From Marsupella aquatica (lineage: Eukaryota > Plantae > Marchantiophyta), in assembly GCA_973895155.1 (NCBI GenBank), contig OZ316895.1, positions 10,156,184-10,220,183 on the forward strand: a stretch of DNA of 64,000 bases. The letters run 5' to 3'. Every line of letters begins with the position of its first letter. Position 1 is the stretch's first letter. A model generated the notes under the pieces. It saw only the letters and a program-made list of their open reading frames with translations, searched no databases and was not told the origin of the DNA. Shown piece after piece: positions 22,201 through 35,556 of the stretch. The translations under genes and the position numbers were made by a program.

Positions 22201-23910
22201 TGAGAATTCTGGGGGCTGCTGATACCCAGTGGATCAGATCATCTTGCTGAGGGTATATATGAAGTCTTGAAATTCCGAGGACATCGAATCGAGTCTGCCG
22301 GTGATACTTCCAAATCGATCTATATATTCATAGACTGCCAGTTTAACACAACTCCGAGATCGGAGACAACATGGTTACCTCAAGTCCGTGTCGACGACTT
22401 TGATCCAAAGTAGGTAGCGTACTTTGAGTAATATCAAAATTAGCAAGCCGTCAACTGATCCTAAAAGTGCGTCCTTCTCTAGACTCGCGAAGCTGGTGCA
22501 TTTCGAAGTCCTGACCATGCCCATCTGATGACAAATAGTTTGGATCGATGGCCAAGCCGCAGATCTCATGGTGACTTCGAAGGACGTAAACGTTCATCAT
22601 ACGCAACGATGATTATATATATTTCGGTGACATTTTCCCAACTGATAGACACATTTGACGGCCCTGCTCACGGTAGTTGGAAGTCGTGCCGAATTTTACG
22701 AATCTGCAAGATATTGACTGGCATGGACTCCACTCACTTGGGTAGACATACTTCCAGCGCAATGCACGGCGAGACTGTACGTAAGTAAACCTATATAGAT
22801 GCAAGAATGCGATTCATGACGAATGCCTGTCTTCGCTTTTTTATAATTGATCTACGGTCCTTGAAGGCATGGATCTTATAGGACATGGAAAACAACTTGC
22901 TAAAGAGTCCAAGTACGAGTTCTTCTCTAATTTGTGGCTTCAGGAGAAGAACTTTTTGTACGTGTCAATAACGCAAACCTTTCTTCCGGATATTCATAAG
23001 GTTTCCTGGGATCCGGCAATATCTGCTTGAGGTGCTTTCCACTGAGAACTCGCAAGTTAGTGATGGCTCCCGTGATGCAAAAATGGTTTTAGTAACCACT
23101 GTATAATATGACCCTTCAGACGGTTCACCGCTGTAAGCATTACGTTGAGTGGGTGCACGTTTCCTTGAATTGGAATCCTTATTGGTCCAAGCGTCTCAAG
23201 TTGAACGCTGGTTGTGAAGGTTTACATCGCTTCAGACTAGCAATTAAGTCGGTGCTGCTTTACCTGAACTTTGCATGTTCGTTTGTACTTCAGCTATACG
23301 CAGTCTTCGATTAACTGTCAACGACATAGATTGAAAGCAACATATATAGAAGAAGCGTATAGTAGTTACAAAGACGAACATTTCGATGACTGAGGTGTTG
23401 TCAGGAGAGCAGACAATGCCGAGCCAGTGACCCGAGCACGGCCCCGTTCCATTTGTCCAACTCGATAGAGCATTTGGGTTTGCCAACGCATTTTTGAACC
23501 GCAGAAGAGCTTCGGCTGCATGACCACTCACACATTCAGACATATACATTGCGTGACCTTCCACTCAATTGAAATGGACTACATCTGGGTTCTGAAGATG
23601 ACCAAGCTTTGCACGGGGAATTGCTCCAGAAGTCCATTAAGTAAAAGCTAGTAATTAAGTTAATAGAATTCTTTTACGGGGCAGGACTGTGCATCGATAT
23701 ATTAATCAGGGTTGTGACATTCTGAAAGGCGTGGCCAAACTCACTTTGAAAAGTAAGATCAGCAATCGGGACTGTAATCCCGTTACTTTCGACAGGCGAC
23801 GTGGGAACAGTTCGCCATGTAAGGTCCGCCACAGTGTCGGCAGACAATGTTGGAAGGTCCAGCGAGAGCAAAAAAACCACTCCCACGAGTATCCTCCACG
23901 GTAGAAGCAT
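13242..23910 (-). CDS. Secreted LRR protein (signal peptide + LRRNT_2 + LRRs) with a ~1050-aa internal Pro-rich NW[S/T]-repeat domain; ~1365 aa, 16 exons
   Basis: Hand-built exons: 23910-23745, 23515-23380, 21488-21449, 21109-21003, 20619-20545, 20252-20196, 19735-19673, 19418-19383, 19136-19080, 18709-15794, 15643-15572, 15376-15308, 15097-15026, 14796-14725, 14238-14176, 13338-13242. All introns are GT..AG and phase-compatible (total 4098 nt). Peptides include MLLPWRILVGVVFLLSL (signal), EALLRFKNALANPNALSSWTNGTGPCSGHWLGIVC (LRRNT), MNTAFSGQIPKAIEDLKRLKSL, DLSWNNLTGCLP, DLSHNSFVGGIPEDLQEMAELENL and DLSNNYLFGDTP. An alternative start is at 23964. The last two exons are less certain. Confidence 0.82.
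13418..13502. repeat. Intronic ~42-bp tandem duplication
   Basis: gactctgttccttaccaataactagaatgtgtccaaatgtcc followed by gactttgttccttacgaataactagaatgtgtccaaatgccc. Confidence 0.8.
15794..18709 (-). repeat. Coding tandem-repeat exon (2916 bp): PLFNW[S/T] / SPPPP repeats in blocks with ~120-, ~75- and 60/81-bp units
   Basis: Open for 972 codons. About 61 NW[S/T] motifs by hand count, plus about 20 other N-x-S/T sequons and about a dozen SPPPP motifs in the C-terminal third. Confidence 0.92.
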
Positions 23911-26283
23911 CCTTTTGGAACATGACCCGAGGAGGATCGGGCTCGGTGTCGTCGTCGACATCATGCATATAATTATAGGCCGGTCACCACGAAAAATCAA
24001 TCTCCACTCTCATATTGACGTCCGTCACGATTTGCAATCAGCCTCACATGGCATATATTCAAAGCAATTGCACGAAGTACTTAAATCGAGTTATCCTGCT
24101 AGCCGTCTATGCCGAGTTCGGAAGCCTCTTTGAATCGTGTCATTTGTATCAAAAATCAATCCGTCAGCTCGTCTCGCAGCTCCGCAGCAGCGTCGTTTCA
24201 GAACCAAGTATCAAATCAGAGATTTTCTAGTACCAGCCAGAGGCTGGCGACTGTGTAGAGCTGGCTGCTGGCGCCATCGTCGACGTTCACTTGAATGGAG
24301 GAGCTCATCGATAGATACAGCTGAATAAACAATCATAGCAAGTGAATTCTCCAATTTCCTCCTCCTTCGAACAGTTTCAGATCCGCCACGCATGTCGCAG
24401 GAGTCCGCTGCTCTGCTGCTGTTGCCTTAACAGTACAAGATCGCCATCGCCCAAAACAGCATTTCCAACGCTGTACCGGTTGAAGTTCGTTGCCCACGCA
24501 TGACCACGGTCAGGTCAGCGGGGAGTCCGTGAGTAGGGGTGGGGTTTGAGATCAACGGTGGAATGCTTAACTTCGGGATTCACGGGGAGATTTCGACCGT
24601 GGATTTTCGTAGCTCTAACTGCGGTCAGAGGGCGACTTGGACGAAATCAGTTGACACGGTTAAAGATCGCTCCAAGAAGAGCGCTTCATGATTGTTTGTT
24701 CTAAAGGACCTGTCTAGTCTCTCGCACCACCGCCCAAATATTTGTAGCTCCGCACCAATGAAAATGGCATGATTTAAGCATATATTTTATTTGTTTATGG
24801 AGTGGACAAATTATTCTTGGTATGGTGGAGAATTTGACTCTTGGCTGGACCACTTTTTGACACATAAAAGAGTGAGTGAAGGAAAGATGCTACTTGAGTG
24901 GAAATTCACGTTTATAGTGGTCCATGGCCGTTTATAAAGGACCACTAGTCTTTGATTGTGGGGGGATTATAGTGGAGCATCTTGGTGGTCCATGAGAGCT
25001 TCAATATTGTGAGTATGGTGGGGTATGGTAATCTGACCTGTTTATATTAGAGGGTTTAAGCTACTCGTAATAATACTTGTGAGCAACAACTCTGTGTTAA
25101 AATGGCCATGGAATATGACAACGCCAATCTGCGGAACAAGTTGGAGTCTCCACCGTACCCAACCTACTTCAGGGCCTCCAACTCATCTACTTACTATAAT
25201 ATACAATCTCGCCTTTTTGTGCTCATGGTTCCCTTACAAAATTCACTTTTGGAGTGAACTCATTATGATCATTGGATTTAAAATTTAAATTTTCCTGCCC
25301 ATCAGATCTGTGTAAGGAAGAATAAAGAGTTTGTCCTAGCCTGAGGCAGGGATCCATGGGCTTTCACCCACACCTAGACTCATATAAAAACATCTAAAAA
25401 AAGGTCATTGGGAATTGAGTTGACATGTGGCTATCATGGGTAGATGGGTCTGACAAGAAAATCTAAGTAGACCCCACATGATTGCCCCATTCACTTAAAG
25501 TAAGAAGTATAGACAACCTACAATACAAATTAAGTTGTGAGTTCAAAAGGGATGATTTATAGGAAAGTGGAAAAAAATTAAGTCTACTAGGAGTAGTGAA
25601 AACATTGTTTTTTTCTAATGTCTATAAAGTACTTTTTCCAGGTTACATTAACATTCAATCCTATATTCTTTATTGCCATAACCTTATTGACCAAAGACAC
25701 AATGGCCCCAAGAATAAAATGGCCCCAACAACGAAATGGCCGGAGTGATAAATGATTGTAACAATAAAATGGTTATAAGGACATATGTGCAATGCAAGTT
25801 AGGGCAATGGGTTCCTATATATGTCATATTTCAAATCACATTATAAAAAACTATCCCATCTCAAAGAGTTAGTGTAATCTACAAAAGTGGAAAAGGAAGG
25901 CACAAACCAATACCATCAATATATTTCAATGATTTTGACACCCTTGGATTGAGTGAAAGGGATCACCTATGGAAGTGAATACCATGGTATTTTTGCTCTT
26001 AAAGTAGGTGTTTTCAAAACACATGTGCTGGCTAACTACTTTCAAAAATGACATGTGCATAACATTGGTATCAGATTTGTTTTGTTTTTTTGCTAAGGAG
26101 AAGATAAATTTTCATTTTTCTGAAAGATCATTTATCTTTTGCTCCATGTTGATTCTTCTTCTCTTTCTTAATCATGTTGGAAAGGGAGGGGGGTGCCAAA
26201 GAGCCAAGATGGGAGACTGGAAGGAGAGAAAGGAAGGGCACAGAAGAGGAGATTGAAGAAAAATGGGAAAAAATGTGAATTTA

Positions 26284-26946
26284 TCTCCCTCCATATAGCT
26301 AAGGGCGACCACACTGGACCCTGTAACACCCCAGCCGCCCCCTGTGTTGTGTTCCCTCCCATGCTCTCACCCTTGCCACAACATTGCTTTCACAATACCT
26401 CCTTGGGACATACATTGCCTCAATATCTTTGCCTCAACTTGACAATTTTTCTCGCCTTGACATATTTTTCTCAGCTTGACATATTTTTATCTCCTCAACT
26501 ACTTTTTATCATATTGACATGTTTTCTCTCCTTGAGACATTTTCCTCACCCCAATGTTCTTTTCAATCTCACATTGACATCTTTTTCTCACCTTGCCATC
26601 TTTCCTCTCTGCACCTTTTTTCTCCTCAACATCTTTTATCACCTCAGCATTTTCTCATGCACCTTGATATATTTTCTCTTCTTGGCATCTCTACTCATCT
26701 CAACATCATATTTTCATTTTCACATTTTTTTTCTCTCATGGACACGATTTCCTCACCTTAATATCATTTTCTCACCTTGACATTTTTTTTCTCTCATTTA
26801 ACGTTTTTTTCACCTCAACATCTTTTTCTCTCCTCGACATATTTTTCTCATCTCAGCATCTTTTTATCTCCTCGATATCTTTTCCTCACTTCAATGTTTT
26901 TTTCTCACCTCAACATCTTCTGGGCAACGCATGGGCATCGGGCTAT
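26284..26946 (+). mobile_element. Non-autonomous Helitron-like element, degenerate copy with ~18-bp minisatellite body
   Basis: Possible 5' TC at 26284 (A|TCTCCCTCCATATAG). Body of TTTTCTC(A/T)CCTC(A/G)ACATC-type repeats. 3' end GGGCAACGCATGGGCATCGGGCTAT resembles the intact end at 27790. Confidence 0.55.
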
Positions 26947-27189
26947 TTGTATATATATATTGTGCCAAAATAATGAGACTTCACACCCATGAAAAATATT
27001 TCTATGGTTTTTCATCACAATTGTCTCACAAAATTTGACTTTTATTGTCCCAAAGAAAGCCTTGGAAACAAAGCAAAGAGGGGGAGAGGCAAGGAGAAAG
27101 GGGAAGGGGGGGCACATGGATGAGAAAAGAGGGAGGCAGAGGCTTCATCTTGCCCCATCCGGTTGCAGGTAAGGGGTGAAAAAAGTGTC

Positions 27190-27790
27190 AAGTTTATTTT
27201 CTCACCTCAAAATCTGTTGCTCTACTTTACATCTTTTTCTGCTCAAAATCTTTTTCTCTCTTTTGCACACGTTTCTCTCCTCAACATCTTTTGTTCACCT
27301 AGACATATTTTCTTTCCTCAATTTTTTTCTCATCTCAACATCTATTTCTCTCCTCAATATTTTTTCTCTCCTGGACATATGTTTATCATTTGGACATCTT
27401 TTCTCTCTTTGACATCTTTTTCTCCTCTCTACTTCTTTTATCACCTCAACATATTTTCCTCACCTCAACATTATTCTCACCTCGACATCTATTCTCTCCT
27501 CAACATCTTTTCGCTCCTTGACATCTTTTATCGCCTCGACATCTTTTCTCTCCTCGACATCTTTTCTCTCCTTGACATCTTCTATCACCTCGACATCTTT
27601 TGCTGACCTCAACAGCTTTTCTCTCCTTGACATCTTTTATCACCACGACATCTTTTCTCTCCTCAACATCTTTTCTCTCCTCCACATCTTCTATCACCTC
27701 GACATCTTTTGCTCACCTCAACATCTTTTCTCTCCTCGACATCTTTTTTCACCTCAACATCTTTCGTGCAACGCACGGGCATTGGGCTAG
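27190..27790 (+). mobile_element. Non-autonomous Helitron-like element with ~18-bp minisatellite and canonical 3' end
   Basis: Ends CGTGC-AAC-GCACG hairpin + GGCATTGGG + CTAG|T (27765-27791), the typical plant Helitron terminus. Preceded by tandem CATCTTTTCTCTCCTCGA-like units. 5' end not resolved. Confidence 0.72.
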
Positions 27791-30451
27791 TTGAAGTTAG
27801 AACAAGTTAATCACTGCAGTGCAAAAAGTCTCTGCATCTGTTTAGAGCTGTAAAAGAATACAAAACAAGTTGCTTAATTTTCATATTTTGTTTTCTCATG
27901 AAGAGTTTAATTTTCATATTCCCCCATTTCTGTAGGACCAGGAGAGGACTAAAATTAATTCATTTGTGACAAACCAAAATAGCTCCTCATGCCGTTCCCT
28001 CTGTTTATATTTTGGAGGAAGTAGATTCAAAGATCTAGAGATTTTAGCCTTGGATTGTCTATGAATAAAGCTCTAAACATATTGATTGCATTTAGAAGGC
28101 ACTTCACAAGTTGTCGGTGTTTCCTGGAAAGCCAAGCTTTTTCACAAATTTTCCAGTGCAGGTTATTTTTCCTCTAGTCCAAAGAATGCAGCTTAATGCA
28201 TATGGTTGGAGATGCGAACAATATTCCCAGCGCAAAAGGGCCTGTTACGTGAGTTTATCGTCAGGTTGGAGGAAAGGAGTGTTGGATTAGAGTTGCTCTT
28301 AAAGCGTATGGAGTTTTGTATGGGTACACTTCGCTGAGACACAAAATTGCATGCTCCCAAACCTTTTGGTATGCTCAGATACGTTGTGCTAGCTAGAGTC
28401 GTACCTGCACACTTAGTGCGTCGACATGCCCAAATTTGGCTTGATTAATGGCCTTCCTGATCAGGCACCTCGACAAATACAAGTCAGATGTTTCAAAGCC
28501 CTCAAAGTACTAGTCTTTTTAGTCCCCTGGGCTTTAGGTGTTTTGTATGTCACAAGCAAGACCACTTTTAACATGACTTGCCGTCTATCATAGATAAGAA
28601 GCAGAATTGTTTTTCAAGCTGGGCCTCATGCTTTGGACAAACATATTTCCATTTGCTAGCAATGCTGTTGCATTGGCTACCATAATTCACATATGCCATT
28701 TTACTGCTTTTCCAAATTGCAAGGTGAATAAGATCTCATAACTATCCAAAGCCCACCTGCTTGCCCACATGCAACATACATAAACCTCTATGCTGTTTTG
28801 CAAGATGCAATTACCATAGTCCTAGCAATAAAACTCCCATTATTTTCCATTTTAATGTTTGCCTATTTCATACTAAAATTAATGGAAGATTGGAGATGAT
28901 ATATCTTAAAGACTACTTGAAATCAATCATAAAAGTATAGTGACCCAAATACCCTGATAGCTAAGATAATGTGAATGTCACCTTGTAGTAGATCAGGTTT
29001 TGAGGTACCAGGATCATGTCGCCCCACAATCAAAGATGTACCCAGGAAACGCCCATCACCTTTGGACAAGCATGAGGGCTTTTTTAATTTGGTTCTGGAT
29101 TGGAGAAGAGTTAATGAAAACTCATATGGAGTTAGGGTTTCAAAAATTCAAAAATGCCAATTGTCATCATTTGATTAGAGCTACTTCTTTTGTAGTGTTT
29201 AGAGAATATCACAAAAAATCCAAACAGCCACACATGATGGAGTGCCTCCAAGTAGTGACCCCTTAGAGACAAAGACAAACTGTATTGATCAAACCATAAT
29301 GCTTAAAACTACCACTGCAAAGTGCCCAAAATAGGGACCCAACGACGAGGCAGAATGACAGGAGGAGCCCAAAGTGACCCCTAGATGTGGAAACTTGTCC
29401 CTTGACAAACACTACCTCCAAGACTCAATATGTTGCCTCCAAAAATGGCAAATACTACAATCCCTGAAGCATTGTGCACCTCTTGTGTTCCTTTGCTGGA
29501 GTGGTCTATGTAGCTTTTGTCTCCTTGCATGGCATTCATGGGTCCCTGCATTCTTCCTTTTATTTAAAAGGAAAGAACAGTGGTCTGCACCGGCCCCATT
29601 GTGTGGTATTACATGTATTGCTGGAGTGGTCTATGTATTGTATGGCAGGGTGGACAAGTGTATATAGCAGTCAGACAGTTTTGTTGAGAGCTTGGTCATA
29701 GCCTTAATGATTTGGTGATTGACATTGGAAGTCAGTACCCCAACAAGCATGCACTGCTGTAGTTAAAAGGCAACTCAAAAGTTCAGGTGAAAAGGCCGCA
29801 CTTGGACTCCTTGGCAAATGCTTGTTGATACTTCACTTTGTACTGCACATGGTAGTGGAAATTGATGAAATATTTTTGAGGGCAATTGAAGAATTAAATG
29901 TTACAACCTACGTGGGAGTACCTTTGGATACATAAGGGAGAGGTAGCAGAACAAATTAAACTTGTTCGATTACTTCCAGGCTCAACTGCGAAGGATCCTA
30001 GAAATCACATAAGTGCCCAACAAGCTTTTCAAAACACTAACCTGGAATGTCCAAGCATTGCTCATAAATAGTTCATAAGTAGATGGTGAGTACCCCTTTC
30101 CTCCTGCCCCCAACTCCATCCCAACTGTTAGCTGTGTCCCAAGAGTCAGCATCTATATCTCGAGACTGCAGTAGGCCATTTTTTGAGTTTTTGATTGTGA
30201 TTTATTAGGGGAAGTTTGCTGTTTCCCATTTTTTTTTGCGGATGCTGACTGGAACCCAACTTTTGAGAAAACTTATGGAGGGGGGGTTTTCGGTTGGTTT
30301 GACTAGAAATTTTATGCAGGGATTTTTGGTTTGCCCAATCCCAACTAAATACTCGTTGCTCAACTCAACATCATCAAAGGTTGTCAAATTACTATGGGTT
30401 ACTCCCATGCAATAGTAAGTATTTTAATTTCAGGAACTGCATACTTTTGAC

Positions 30452-30498
30452 CCACAACCTTTGGGTCACAACCTTTGGGTCACAACCTTTGGGTCACA
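30452..30498. repeat. 14-bp tandem repeat CACAACCTTTGGGT x3
   Basis: Three consecutive identical copies upstream of the H3 promoter. Confidence 0.85.
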
Positions 30499-31299
30499 CA
30501 CAACCTCCACAAAGCAACTAGTTTGAAACCCCTATTAGATAGACGCTTAGCAAAATTGTAGCAATAACGTGTTTTCCGGGTCCCAAAGCTTCGATTTCCC
30601 CTGTTTGGCGTGGCAGCAGACGGGCTTCGTCCTGTTTCGCGCACTGCTCCGACGTGCGGTACATTTCTTGATTAACTAGCGCGGTTCTTTCAAATCGCTC
30701 TGTGCTCCGAAACTCTCTACCCAACAAATATATACCGTCCGATCGAAGGCGCCACCGTCGGATCCAGCAAATGAGGTGAGAGGCCACGGATCGACCCTCT
30801 TCGTCCAGCCCTTCCCGCCGTCGTCAATTTCAAACTTCGCCCCGCAGGCAGAGCATGATTGTCACCCACCATACGCATTCACCTTTAAATTGTAGACTGA
30901 GAGATCCTCAGTCCCACACTCGCATTCAGCCGATCGAATCCTTTGCTTCTCTCCGCAATCCCCCGATCGAATTCTCGCCCATCGGTGCCTCCGTTGAGCT
31001 GTGCATCTTGCCACCTCTCGCGACGCTTTGATTCATAGGTTTGTTCTCGTTAAAGCTTTTCACTCTGAAGGCAATTCACTCTGAATTTGTTGCCACATCG
31101 CTCGACGCTTTGATTCTAAGGTTTGAATGTTTTCGATTGAGCTGGAAAGTGAATTCCTGATCCCTTGTTTCTGAATTTGTTGCCAACGCTCACTCTGTTT
31201 TGTTGGGGTATGGAAGCTGAGGATTGAGTACTGGTGAAGCCTCGACCAAACGAGGTGCCGGAGTTTTTTCTTGTACATATTCCTGGTTTGGCTTACTGA

Positions 31300-31734
<435 letters not shown>

Positions 31735-32159
31735 AATGAGCGACATTTTGGTCTTGTAAATAGATTCAGTCTACAGAGAGCAGTAGCATATCTGATGAAC
31801 CGGACTTCCACCTCTATTGGTGCAACTCTTTATTCTGATCGTCTGAGAAACATAGTTCTTGCATTCTCAAGGGTCCAATTGTTCAAATCATTGTGAGCAA
31901 TGGATAAAATTTTGTAAAGTAAAGCCGGCAAAGAAGCTCTCGTACTATCATTCTCTTTCACTATCATTGTCTATCACTACTCTTGATTGGCCATGTACTT
32001 TCTGAATTATCACAATCATCTCGTGTGCTCTGCTTGGTCAAAAAGTCACAACCGAACCCTTCTGTAGGATTGGACACCTCAAAAGTCATTCGAAAGAGAT
32101 GGCTCCTGCCACCTGATAATTTACCATCCTCAGGAAGATGGTGAACTATATTTTTTAAG

Positions 32160-32720
32160 GAGGTAGGTTCGCCTGTAGTTTCACGATATGGCTAGCATCG
32201 CAGTCCAAGATTCGGTGTACTGCATGATCGACGAGATGTCTGGAAGAAAATATCCCATCGGACAACCTAATGTCACTTCAAGTCGGGGATGTGACATTGC
32301 ATACAGAGTTTGGTGATAAGTTGGCTTGATCTCAGACGCTCACTGTTCAGCACCTGTGCGCAGCCTGGTCCAAGTATTTGTTGACACGATCTGATGATGC
32401 CTGCAGCAGGTGGAGAGTGCAATTTCTCTGGAAAAATTGACCCGAGAAGCAGCATGTGTAATGGATGCCCATCAGCGAGCATATGAAGGATGCTAGCTGA
32501 TGGTTGACTAGGCTCTCAAAAGTAGAAGGTGAACCCTCGCTAGCAGGAACGGTGGCTTCAGGTTAGAGTTGTCCGTCGCCTGTAGTACACGATTTGGCTA
32601 ACAGATGGTAGTTCTAAATTTGGTGTGTTGTATAACTGATGAGGTTGTGCAAATCTAACAACCTATCGTCACCTCAGGTTCATCTCAGTTTCTCACTGAC
32701 CAGCACCTCTGCACAACAGT
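32160..32720. repeat. Degenerate local duplications downstream of the GDSL gene, including a fragment of its last exon
   Basis: 32428-32472 tggaaaaattgacccgagaagcagcatgtgtaatggatgcccatc matches 33221-33292 with a deletion. 32170-32370 resembles 32576-32720. Confidence 0.55.
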
Positions 32721-33171
32721 TCAGGAAATTGTTGACACCATCGAATGATGAAGACATCGCTGGGAGAAGCTATTTAGATAGTGTGCTAAAACCTGATGTA
32801 GTCGGCTGACAAATATATACATGAAATGACCAAGCAAATCAACGACAACTTCCTGCTTCAGAACTATAGGACAATGAAACCTCATGGTTGAAGATCGACC
32901 GCTCGAGAATGGCTTTTCTAGCCAAGTAAGCACCGTAAATCAGGCTAATTCATATTGCACATTCCATCAGCATTAGTTGAATGCCTTGGGTCTGTCGAAA
33001 TGGACTCGAAAGAAGGGAGCAGTCATTCTGAGAAAGGTGGCGCATGTTAATTGTAGAATCCAAAGTGCGTCAAGAACAGATTTCCTAACCTGCAGTAAGT
33101 AGGTTCTTGTGTACACATTTCGGACGGGGGCTACTCTTGAATGAGGTCTTCACCTCGTGGCTTGATGCTGC

Positions 33172-35556
33172 CTACAACGGCTGGAGGGTGCAATTGTTAG
33201 GCTGCAAAGAAAAGGGAGGCTGGAAAAATTGACCCGAGAGAATCTGTGTTGCAAAGTAATGATTGGCAGCATCTGTGTAGTGGATGCCATCCCAACCCAC
33301 ATAAGCTCCCGGGTCCGAACATGTAGTAGAAACAATTAGGACGTTCGCAATATTCCCCGTCTCACCACAGAGTACTTGTGGATTATAATTGTATTTTGAA
33401 GGAACACCACAACAGGCTTTGATAGGAGCTACCAAACCTGCAACAAATAAGAATCCACCGACTGTCAGACAGGAGCCTGAAAAAGCACTTCCAATTGTAA
33501 ACCATCATTTGCCACATTCCACAAAGTCAGTTTCAGACATGCTCACTGTTTAACAGAACATGAATTGCTTATTTCCGTTTTAATAGAGCAGAGTCGCACT
33601 TGGCTAATTACCATCCAATCGAGAAAAACTAAAGCAAGAAATTTGACTTTTTCTCAATCACTCATAGTCGTGTGTAATATAGGTTTGATTCTAACCATTC
33701 ATAGTATAATTAAACAGAAGGTTATGTTGCATCTGATAGCTGTCGAGATAGATCACACTTGCGCCAGGCGTAAATATCGTCACATTTGCCAAGCCTGCCA
33801 GAAGGAGAGTGTTGTAATTCCTTGCGATTGTATTATAGGCTGCGAGACATCCCCAGTTGTCGAGATCTCCGGGGCCGTATGGTAGTACAGCCAAGAGTGA
33901 TGGCGAACATCCGATGTTTCCAACGCCTGACACAATGATATTTCTTGCCCCCAAGTTATACAAGTCCTGCACCGTTGAACACAAACGCAGAGACGCATGT
34001 CAAGTCCATGAATTCAATAGAAGCAATTAGTAGTGACTAGTAAGAATTAATATCTCACTTGCCAGACTACTGTTCAAATTCATTTCAAGAGCTCTCCACA
34101 ACTCTCTTCATTGGTCTTCATACTTCCTGCTCAACGAGGCAAACTTTTGAACAACTTGTGCGAGTGTTTACTTCAAAGACTACAATTTCTTGGCTACTTT
34201 CACATTCACAAGATCTTTTAGCACTCCAATGTCTCTGTCCTCCTTGGTGATGAAGTTGGCGTGATATAATAGTGCTACCTGTAATCATTTCGTGAACTTA
34301 CACTTATTGCGTTTGTCACGGCAGTGACCACATTTGGGAGGTACAGCAATATTTGATCTGGAGTGTTGTTGGCCAGAATGCCAGCTTTGAAGTCATTTGT
34401 TCCAATGGATATGATGTACAAGCCTTGCGCAAAGGAGGCCGCCAACGGAATTCGTCTCGCAACTGCAGACAATCAATACTTTAGGAGCACGCAGGCAATC
34501 AGGCAATTATGCGGCTGCCACGGAACAGGTCACTAAGGGCTACTGAATCAGGATCCTGACTCGGAACATTCAACTTTGAACGTGAAGTAGCCTGGCCAGT
34601 GATGTATTAACGACATGCGACAATAAATAATTAAAGAATCCAGATAACTATTCAGCGTCAACATCTTAGTAGTCAGTTGCTTAGAATTGGTACTTGATAC
34701 AAGATAATTGTTTAGTAATTACCCGCAAGAGCTCGTTGAAGAATTGGGTCGGTTGTGGCATTTGTGGTGCCAGTGTTGATGAACAAGTCATTGTACAGTT
34801 TCTTGTAAGGTTGAATTCCAGGTTGAGCTTGTTGCAATTCGTTGGTGTTCGCAAGAAGATTTCTAGCTGCTAGCATGGAGGACGTCGTATTCAAAAGTTC
34901 CAAAACTTCCTTCTGGAATAGTTGGAATTGCAAAACTTGTGTAGTCAGTGGGAAATCGCTCACATAGTTAATCGCTCTAGCCGTGGCACCCCATGTGGCA
35001 AAGGTCACCCCTCCCGAGAAGTCAGAGGTTACCGACTGCAAATATGGATCCAGAAATGGTAGGCCGAGAGCCGCAGCTGTATCCATAAATCCCGGAAACA
35101 GTCCTTCGATCTATTAGTGTCATCATATGTGCGTATCTACTTGAACGGGTGTAACAACAGATCGACACTAAAAGCACTCGAGGTTTGCATGCATGCCAGA
35201 GATTCACCGTGGAGCATCAAAAGGAATTTTAACACGCAGACGGGGGAAATTCTCGATAGAACCTACCGCATAAGACGAATTGTGGTCATTGGGGAGAGAG
35301 AAAAGAAATGGTACTTACCAATGAAGTCAATGATCAGTCGGCCATCTGAATTCCGCCCTTGTGTTGCACCAAAGTACGTCTCTCCATATGGAGGAGATTC
35401 AGCAGCAGTAGTGTTGGGAAAGGATGCATGGATACCTCCGGTGTCTCCGTCATCATCTCCAAAATAGAATATAGCTGGGAAACATTGCGCATGAGTTCGA
35501 TGGGGGCTCAACGATACCAATAACAATGTGAGAGCCAATGCCCACAACGGTTTCAT
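33172..35556 (-). CDS. GDSL esterase/lipase-family protein (SGNH plant-lipase-like), ~429 aa, catalytic Ser replaced (GDDD)
   Basis: Exons 35556-35319, 35076-34723, 34462-34302, 33966-33696 and 33437-33172 (1290 nt, in frame). Signal peptide; motifs FYFGDDDGDTG, PPYGETYF, GRNSDGRLIIDF, IGTNDF, LYNLGAR, GCSP, ACCG and WDGIHYTDAAN. Confidence 0.93.

Noticed and set aside
21866-23314. Extra candidate exons in the long second intron of the LRR gene
   Set aside because: They contain stops or lack LRR character. Exons 23515-23380 and 21488-21449 already join in phase (VIEM-ALRGRKFWGPLPS).
26193-27794. Phe/Leu/Ser-rich ORFs that look like membrane proteins
   Set aside because: Translation of the pyrimidine-rich minisatellite; open in several frames.
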